Positions 57,595-64,000 of a stretch of DNA of 64,000 nt are shown here, piece after piece. The DNA lies in assembly GCA_000004985.1 (NCBI GenBank), contig GG738915.1, one strand, 5' to 3'. Both the position numbers and the translations under genes were made by a program. The stretch's first letter is position 1. Each line of letters starts with the position of its first letter. The notes beneath the pieces are model-generated. The model was not told the origin of the DNA. It ran no database searches and worked only from the letters and a program-made list of their open reading frames with translations. Source of the DNA: Naegleria gruberi. Taxonomy: Eukaryota.

Positions 57595-59265
57595 ATGTTC
57601 AACAATAATTCGAGTGTTTCCACAATGATGACCACAACCACAAGTAGTACTACCTCTACTACTACTACAAGAAAGCCTCCTGTTGGTAAACCAATTCTCT
57701 CCAATACTTCCCTTGCCTATACAAATGTTGAAGAATCTATTGATACGAGGACACCACCTTCTCTTGTATGTAACTCACCTTCTTCAGTGTTTCATCATCA
57801 TGGAGGAGCAAAGAGACAACCACACAGAGAAGCCTTGGCCAATATTACCAATTCTCATGAGGTTCAACATACCTCCTCTACAAATGATTTGAATAAGAGA
57901 GTAGCACAAGCCAATAATTATTCAAATCTGAAAGTGAATACTCATTCTAGTTCTACTTTCACTACATTATCCACTGCTAGTACTAATACTCAATGTTCTA
58001 AGAGTTTTTTGAATCCATACTCCTCTGCCAATGGTAAGACAAACGCAGCAGCAGTAGCAGTATCAGTACACTCAATGATTCATTCGAATAGTGCTAGCAA
58101 TAACACTCAACAATTTAACACTTCGAGCCAACACCATACCCAACAATATACAGAGGATCAACAAACATTCGAGCAACAAGTTGAATCCTCATCATCACCA
58201 CTCAGTTCTGAACAAGATCCAAATGCCTTTAATGAGTTCTCAATGGAGGCCTCTGATGAAAACTACTCTTCTGACGAAGAGATGGATGAATCAGAAGATG
58301 ATGGTGAACAACAAGCACCACCAATCGATCCAGATATCTTCAACTCTGTCGATAAGAACAGGCTTCAAGCTATTATGGATTTGAATATCAGAAATCCAGC
58401 TAACCTCCTTCCAAAAAGTTCTTTGAGAACTTTAACACAAACTCATCTTCCAATCGATGTGGAAGATGATATTCTTTCCTATTTATTCAACAATCAAAGT
58501 TACAAGCAAGTTTCTCCTCACGTTTGGCGAACAACTCAAAAGAATGTCAATGCCAAGATGCGTACCATGCTCGTCGAATGGATTGCAGGTGTTGCTGTAA
58601 GTTTCAAACTCTTACCTGAAACACTCTACCTTTCCATTGACATTTTAGATAGATTCTTGTGTAAAGTTTGTGTTAGCAACGTTAAACTTTTACAAGGATA
58701 TGGTTTGGCTTGTCTTTTCATTGCTGCCAAGTATTGTGAAACTGCTCCACCTCCACTCAGACAATTCTTATTTGCTGCTGATAATACTTATACAAGAGGA
58801 TTGATTTTGAGTTTGGAGAGTGAGATTTGCAATGCTTTAGACTTTGAGTTGTGTTCCATTCAATCCTTTGACTTTGTTGAAAAGTTTTTGGAACTCATTG
58901 GACATGTTAACAATGCCAGAATCAAATGTTTGGCCTATTATATCTGCGAATTGCAACTCCAAAACTTTGATGCCCTACAATACAACAAGAGTGGTATTGC
59001 CCTCTCTTCAGTAATTATTGCCTTGTATGTGACTGGTACTGCCTGTACATTGGAGGGCCTCGTTGCATGCTTGGGTGGTAATACTGATCTTGCCAATATC
59101 ACTTATATCAATAATTGTGTCATGGCTGTATACTGTTATTACGTTCAAATGTCAATGGGTGAAATCCAACACAATTTCATTAAGGACAAGTATGCCAGAC
59201 AATCATTTGGTGGTGTGTCCACCATTGGCTTTACCAGTCGAATTTCTCCAAGTATCAGCTTTTAA
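57595..59265 (+). CDS. Cyclin B/A-type (paralogue 3) with an N-terminal destruction box
   Basis: D-box REALANITN (RxxLxx[IV]xN) at nt 57826-57852. Acidic stretch SDEEMDESEDDGEQQ. Cyclin box MRTMLVEWIAGVAVSFKLLPETLYLSIDILDRFL...LQGYGLACLFIAAKYCE, clearly paralogous to 44745..46665. ATG at 57595. Confidence 0.8.
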   Translation: MFNNNSSVSTMMTTTTSSTTSTTTTRKPPVGKPILSNTSLAYTNVEESIDTRTPPSLVCNSPSSVFHHHGGAKRQPHREALANITNSHEVQHTSSTNDLNKRVAQANNYSNLKVNTHSSSTFTTLSTASTNTQCSKSFLNPYSSANGKTNAAAVAVSVHSMIHSNSASNNTQQFNTSSQHHTQQYTEDQQTFEQQVESSSSPLSSEQDPNAFNEFSMEASDENYSSDEEMDESEDDGEQQAPPIDPDIFNSVDKNRLQAIMDLNIRNPANLLPKSSLRTLTQTHLPIDVEDDILSYLFNNQSYKQVSPHVWRTTQKNVNAKMRTMLVEWIAGVAVSFKLLPETLYLSIDILDRFLCKVCVSNVKLLQGYGLACLFIAAKYCETAPPPLRQFLFAADNTYTRGLILSLESEICNALDFELCSIQSFDFVEKFLELIGHVNNARIKCLAYYICELQLQNFDALQYNKSGIALSSVIIALYVTGTACTLEGLVACLGGNTDLANITYINNCVMAVYCYYVQMSMGEIQHNFIKDKYARQSFGGVSTIGFTSRISPSISF

Positions 59266-59968
59266 AATAAAGAGCACTCACTGCAACAAAACAATTTTGA
59301 AAAACAAGTCAATTCTTTTATTCAAGTTGTATAATTGAAAATCTTTTCTGGACCTTCAACCACACAGTCGGTGGCAATCTCCAGTTATCTTAATACTGTT
59401 CACCAATTTGATTTCGATTAAAATGTCTCTCGAATAAAGGTGCAGAAATTGACTGAACAATTGAAGAGCCCGATAAGATTCCTTGTAATTAACAGAGATC
59501 ACCTGATCAATTCCCTCTAAGATTCTCAATACTTCTACCGTACGACCTTATAATGAGCTTAATGGGAGAAACAAGCCGACCGCCCGAGTTCGATTCAAAG
59601 ATTCATTTTATAATATAAATCAAACAGGATTGGTCGACCAAGTGAAATGTACTGCTCAATATAATTGAATCATATTAAGCCTCTAACCTCGAAGGCGAGA
59701 CATAGAGAGAGATAAGCTCGTCTAAGGGTTTTAAAATTTCCTTCAATGCAAACATTCATCAAGATACCGTCAGCCAAAATTCAAAACAAGTCATTGGGCA
59801 ATAAAATATCCGAAGATGAATCATCAACTTAGATTCTGGTTGCGTTTGGTAAAAAAGAACACACCATCCTAATAAGGCCGTTATACAACCCTCCTCATAT
59901 TAAAAGAAGGGATCCACATTTACCAACTGCCAAACTTGCATAGTCGAGTTTTTGCTCAGTTAAAAAAA

Positions 59969-61885
59969 ATGGGCAATTCTCGTAGTATTCTACCGCCCAC
60001 TTCCTCAAACAATTTACTTCCCAATATTAAGATTGGCAATAGCAATGCAGATTCATCCATTTCGAACTCAACAATAACCCATGATGAGGATAAGACGGAG
60101 GCTGGGTATCGACAGTCTATTTCCTCACTTCCCTTCTCATCAAAAAGGCCTTCAATACGGCCCACCCATTTGAAATCACCAAAGGGTTCAATTAGCTTTA
60201 CTCAAGGATTAACAAATAATACTCACAATAATACCAATCATCATCATAATTCAAAAAACATGCTTCCTCCCTTAGTAACAAACAAACCAAATAGCCTTTC
60301 CACTCCTCCTTCCCTTGATACTTTGTCAATAGACCAATCATCTTCCAACAACATATTGGGAATTAGACAAGTAATTAGCAATGATTCCTTTCAAACCATT
60401 TCCTCATCAACTTATTCATCCTCTCTCAGTAACAAAACACTCGAAAATAGCTCTATGAATAACACCTTACGAGTCAATGAAACATCATCGACACTTAATA
60501 CAAGAGCAACCTCTCCTATTCAGTTTGGTAGAAGAACATCTTCTACCCAGGCCTTAAACTCTCTCGCTAAATCACGAGGCAAAGGCTCTGCTGTATCACC
60601 TAAGAATATCAATACTCAACAACTTTCCTCATTGAGTAATAATAATAACACCACTAGTATCAAGAATAGAAGTAATGATTCTCCTGAAATTCCTTCATCC
60701 CCAACCAACAATAACAAAACCTCTTCCTTAACAGCTGGTGCTGCATCTTCCTGCCCTTCAAACTCACCAAACGCCAACAATAACAATATTATAGCCTCGA
60801 TTTCGAACTCTGAAAATTACGGGCCAAATTCATCTGCCCTATTCCTGGAACCTCTTCCAAATTTGAACAAATCAAATACCGATGCTTATGAATCAGAAGA
60901 TGAACCATCAACATTCATCATGCCAAATAAGCTAATTTCCACAGATAGTTTTAGTCTTATCAGTTCCCATAAACGAGTAGGAGCCAAGTTAATGTTTGAC
61001 AGAGATGCTGTGAATAATAGTAATGTAAGCAAGCTGGATGATTGTGATACAGGAAGTGAAATATCAAGGCAGGAGGATGAACAACCTCTCATTCTCACTT
61101 CGACCTTAGATGTAGATATGATGATGAACCAAAAGAAGTTGGCTTCCATTTCAACACCTCCTAGGGCTCAAACTTTGACGGCAACAATGGAATCACCAGA
61201 CATTTTCTTTGATACACCACCTCAGAGGGAGACTTCAATGAAGAATATTGCTAGTGCACCAAATTTGCTCTATGACTCTCTTTCTCGTAAAATGGATGAA
61301 AAGGAGAGATCACTGATTGATAGTCTGACCTTAGACAAATCTTCTACTATCAGTCCAAGTTCTAGTATTGATGTAAAGAAAACAAACAAAATGCGACGAA
61401 GTGTTGGTGATAGTGATGATATACTGGATGATATTTTGAGCGAAAAGCCAACATTAAAATCATTGAAAAAGTTAAAGAGTGAAAATTCGGTGAGAAGGAG
61501 AGCAACTAGTCTCAATAATTCAAAAGCAGGAAAAAAAAGCGCCGAGAAGAATTCAACCTACCTTAGAGAAAATGATGGAATTAGTACTAATATTATGGAT
61601 ATTCTGAAGGGATGCGAGGATTTGTTGGGAGATTTAGAACTTGAGCCAAAGTGTCCTTGTACTATTGAGATTACACAACCAGATGCAAATCCAGAGACGT
61701 CTCACTTGCTTCCTCTTCAAAATTCCAGACGATTCAATTTACTAACAGTTCCAGACCTCAAACAAGTGATGAGAGAAAGTAGGTCAGAACAAAAACAACA
61801 CGAAAGAAAACAAAAGAATGTGAAAAAGGAAGTAGCCAATATCATCAAAGATATCAGGTCTTCGTTTTCAGAATTTGATTTTTAA
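59969..61885 (+). CDS. Hypothetical S/N/T-rich low-complexity protein with an N-terminal MGNSRS (candidate N-myristoylation motif, G2 with S6)
   Basis: ATG at 59969 after an A8 tract. The track ORF start at 59936 is TTG. Confidence 0.5.
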   Translation: MGNSRSILPPTSSNNLLPNIKIGNSNADSSISNSTITHDEDKTEAGYRQSISSLPFSSKRPSIRPTHLKSPKGSISFTQGLTNNTHNNTNHHHNSKNMLPPLVTNKPNSLSTPPSLDTLSIDQSSSNNILGIRQVISNDSFQTISSSTYSSSLSNKTLENSSMNNTLRVNETSSTLNTRATSPIQFGRRTSSTQALNSLAKSRGKGSAVSPKNINTQQLSSLSNNNNTTSIKNRSNDSPEIPSSPTNNNKTSSLTAGAASSCPSNSPNANNNNIIASISNSENYGPNSSALFLEPLPNLNKSNTDAYESEDEPSTFIMPNKLISTDSFSLISSHKRVGAKLMFDRDAVNNSNVSKLDDCDTGSEISRQEDEQPLILTSTLDVDMMMNQKKLASISTPPRAQTLTATMESPDIFFDTPPQRETSMKNIASAPNLLYDSLSRKMDEKERSLIDSLTLDKSSTISPSSSIDVKKTNKMRRSVGDSDDILDDILSEKPTLKSLKKLKSENSVRRRATSLNNSKAGKKSAEKNSTYLRENDGISTNIMDILKGCEDLLGDLELEPKCPCTIEITQPDANPETSHLLPLQNSRRFNLLTVPDLKQVMRESRSEQKQHERKQKNVKKEVANIIKDIRSSFSEFDF

Positions 61886-62041
61886 AATGTTTTATTAAAA
61901 TTAATTTATTATTGATTGCTAGATTTGTAATATGTACACAAAGAAATATTTCCATTGTTAACTAAGCTTGTTAATTAAGGGGAAAATGGGAATATCGAAA
62001 TAAAAATGCCACTCTATTCAATTTTACCAGAAAATAATTTA

Positions 62042-63301
62042 TTAGAAAAAGCAGAGCTCAGATTCGTCAGCAGAGAATGCATTTTGGTTGAACAAGTCAA
62101 TTTCAAAGTCATGAGGTGGATTGTTACAGTCAGTAGATTTGGAAGGAGCAAAATTGCCACAACAGTCAGAAAGTTTAAAATCTTCTTCTGACAAAAATTC
62201 TTCATTACCAAAAAGGGTATCGAATTGATCATTATTATTGGTATTATGATGGGCACAATTTGGACAGTTGTCATCTGTGAGCCAATACATGCAATCACAA
62301 GCCTCCTCCACGAATGGATCACTGAATACAGATGAGGCAGGTTCTGTTTGATTTGCAATATCTTGTGGAATGTCTAAGAGTGAAACGACAGTCTTATTGT
62401 ATGCTTCTAATTGCTCTTCAGGAGAAAGGGCCTTGAATATATGGAGGAGATTTTGCAATTCCTTTTCATAGGTTTGGAGTAAATCTTCTTGATCATTGGA
62501 AGTATTGTCGAGTTTAACTTTCTTTAAACTCATAATTGGTTGTTCACATTCTTGATTGGATGTGGACAAGAGGTGTTGTTTCATTTCCATATATTGTCGT
62601 TTTTTTCTGACTTCTTCGTCTCTTTGTTCTGTAGTCCTTCTTCCATATATCTGAAAAGCAGCACTTACCATACACAAGAGAGGAGTCTTACCTGAATATC
62701 CTTCTAGACTGTATAAACTGACTTTGAAATTAACAAATTCCTTTTGATGATGGTAGGCAACTTCACTGAATTGAAACTTGGAAGTACAACTCAATGTTCT
62801 ACTCTTACCTGTACAGATTTCAGAATCGGAAAGATCTTTTTCATCTTTACGATTCAATCTCTTCTTTGCTATTATTGGCTTTCTCTTCTTCTCTTCAAGG
62901 GATAGGTGAGTTACTCCTTTAAGGAGTTCCTTTTTCTTACCTGATTGTTCACCATTCTTAGATCCCAATAATGAGCTGCCTTGAGAATCAATAATATCAA
63001 TGTCTGCCAATAAGATTTGGCTTTCTGAAAAGGAGGAATTGCCACAAGTTTCTACGTCAATTTTGAACTTGTACTTCAAACTACTGTATAGTTTTTCAGG
63101 CACAAAGTCAATATCAGGGTCAGTTCGACTGGAAATAAGAAACGTTACCTTTGCAATGTTTAATAACATGTCATTCTTGATAGCTTGCTCATCCATATGG
63201 ATCATTTGCCACTCGCGATCCATAGACTCGTTAGCCAACATCATCGAAGAACATGTTACAGAGGAGCTTGTTGATGAACAAGAGGATAATGGGGATTCCA
63301 T
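62042..63301 (-). CDS. Hypothetical protein (about 420 aa from MESPLSS), Ser-rich N-terminus and an acidic Cys/His-containing C-terminus
   Basis: The track ORF at 62042..63580 starts with TTG. The first ATG is codon 94. No recognised domain. Confidence 0.45.
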   Translation of the reverse strand: MESPLSSCSSTSSSVTCSSMMLANESMDREWQMIHMDEQAIKNDMLLNIAKVTFLISSRTDPDIDFVPEKLYSSLKYKFKIDVETCGNSSFSESQILLADIDIIDSQGSSLLGSKNGEQSGKKKELLKGVTHLSLEEKKRKPIIAKKRLNRKDEKDLSDSEICTGKSRTLSCTSKFQFSEVAYHHQKEFVNFKVSLYSLEGYSGKTPLLCMVSAAFQIYGRRTTEQRDEEVRKKRQYMEMKQHLLSTSNQECEQPIMSLKKVKLDNTSNDQEDLLQTYEKELQNLLHIFKALSPEEQLEAYNKTVVSLLDIPQDIANQTEPASSVFSDPFVEEACDCMYWLTDDNCPNCAHHNTNNNDQFDTLFGNEEFLSEEDFKLSDCCGNFAPSKSTDCNNPPHDFEIDLFNQNAFSADESELCFF

Positions 63302-63758
63302 TTTGTAAGCTTGACTGAATACGCAGATGTGGAAGTTTAACGGTTTGTATTCGTTAGGGTGCGAGAGGTTGTATCTAGGTCTCGCGTTATTTTTTTGATT
63401 TATTTTTAATCGCAAAGTGTTTTTGAATCTTGCTTTTAGCAAGCGAAAACAAGGTGAAGCAAAAAATTGGGTTTTGGTTGAATCTTTTTTTGGCGCCAAA
63501 AATAAAGTGTTACAATGAAAACATGGGAAATCTTGAGTATTGAAAAGGAAAATAGTCCTTTTTGTTGGAAAGGACAACAATATCTAATCTCAATAACTGC
63601 AAGAAACATTTTCTTATGATCTTATTTGGTCAATTTCTTTTTATTAATTGTAAAATCCATTGAAACTCTTCTTAGTTTGATTTGACGTGTTTATTGTAAA
63701 CCAAGTTCACAATCTCCATCACCAAATGACAATCTTTTAATAGACTTCATCAAAAAAA

Positions 63759-64000
63759 ATGCCAATCATTAAATTCTCCACAGGCTCTCTTCCAATCAAT
63801 TCCAATCTTCAAAGGGTGATTGAAAAGAGTCTCTCCGAAGTGAATGTTAATAATTTATTTAATTATGGAACTCCAAAAGGAGAAGAATTTATTAGACATT
63901 CCATTGCAAATTTGTACAATAATTCAAGGAGTGAAAGTGATGATCAAAAAATTGTGATGAAGAGCGATGATGTTTTCATCACTACATCGGCTCAACAGGG
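63759..64000 (+). CDS. 5' part of an aminotransferase-like (class I/II PLP-dependent) gene, running off the window
   Basis: MPIIKFSTGSLP...GTPKGEEFIRHSIANLYN...DDVFITTSAQQ resembles the N-terminal region of aromatic/kynurenine-type aminotransferases. Weak and partial. Confidence 0.35.
   Translation, partial: MPIIKFSTGSLPINSNLQRVIEKSLSEVNVNNLFNYGTPKGEEFIRHSIANLYNNSRSESDDQKIVMKSDDVFITTSAQQ

Noticed and set aside
1-64000. Ciliate (Paramecium-like) origin with a reassigned genetic code, suggested by the CCCAAA/CCCCAA telomere-type repeat
   Set aside because: Many ORFs over 500 codons are uninterrupted under the standard code. Poly-Q is encoded by CAA/CAG. tRNA-Gln has the standard TTG anticodon. 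So TAA/TAG are stops here.
1-64000. Prokaryotic-style systems (CRISPR arrays, defence islands, operons, IS elements)
   Set aside because: No direct-repeat/spacer array, no RBS-coupled operon structure and no transposase ORF. The window is a eukaryotic chromosome end with spliced genes and pol III tRNAs.

Overview
This is eukaryotic nuclear DNA from a chromosome end, not a prokaryotic or organellar window. Eukaryotic features: C-rich-strand telomere-type hexamer arrays (CCCAAA)n at positions 1-356 and again at 3511-3880; the standard genetic code (long uninterrupted ORFs, tRNA-Gln with anticodon TTG); short canonical GT...AG introns of about 44-136 nt; A-tracts immediately before ATG start codons; AT-rich intergenic DNA; poly-Q/N/S low-complexity coding tracts; and pol III tRNA genes. 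The ORF track treats TTG/GTG as start codons, so several listed ORFs are internal exons. I joined them where splice signals and reading frame agree. The source organism cannot be established from the sequence; the gene content suggests an AT-rich protist, and an amoebozoan or dictyostelid-like organism is only a guess. Left to right the window holds: telomere repeat and a duplicated subtelomeric unit separated by a 2.5-kb N gap; a subtelomeric partial gene for an EGF-repeat, NxS/T-rich surface-type protein; about 3.8 kb of AT-rich DNA with a short repeated motif; a roughly 6-kb gene encoding signal peptide + bulb-type lectin + about 30 tenascin-type EGF repeats + beta-rich region + C-terminal transmembrane (TM) helix; tRNA-Pro; a 4xSPRY protein; flavin amine oxidase; a Cdc123-like protein; a 2-exon voltage-gated K+ channel; a dynamin-family GTPase; a membrane-anchored alpha/beta-hydrolase; a 4-exon gene of about 1300 aa of unknown function; a 7TM-RGS fusion receptor; transketolase carrying an unusual N-terminal extension of about 350 aa; three cyclin A/B-type paralogues within 15 kb; a UDP-glycosyltransferase; an enolase-superfamily (MR/MLE) enzyme; an SRPBCC-like gene; a tRNA cluster (Gly and two inverted copies of Gln); several low-complexity hypothetical genes; and a partial aminotransferase-like gene at the right edge. 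There are five N-gaps. No CRISPR array, rRNA gene or obvious transposon was seen. Coordinates I derived by hand for intron borders and tRNA ends may be off by 1-2 nt.
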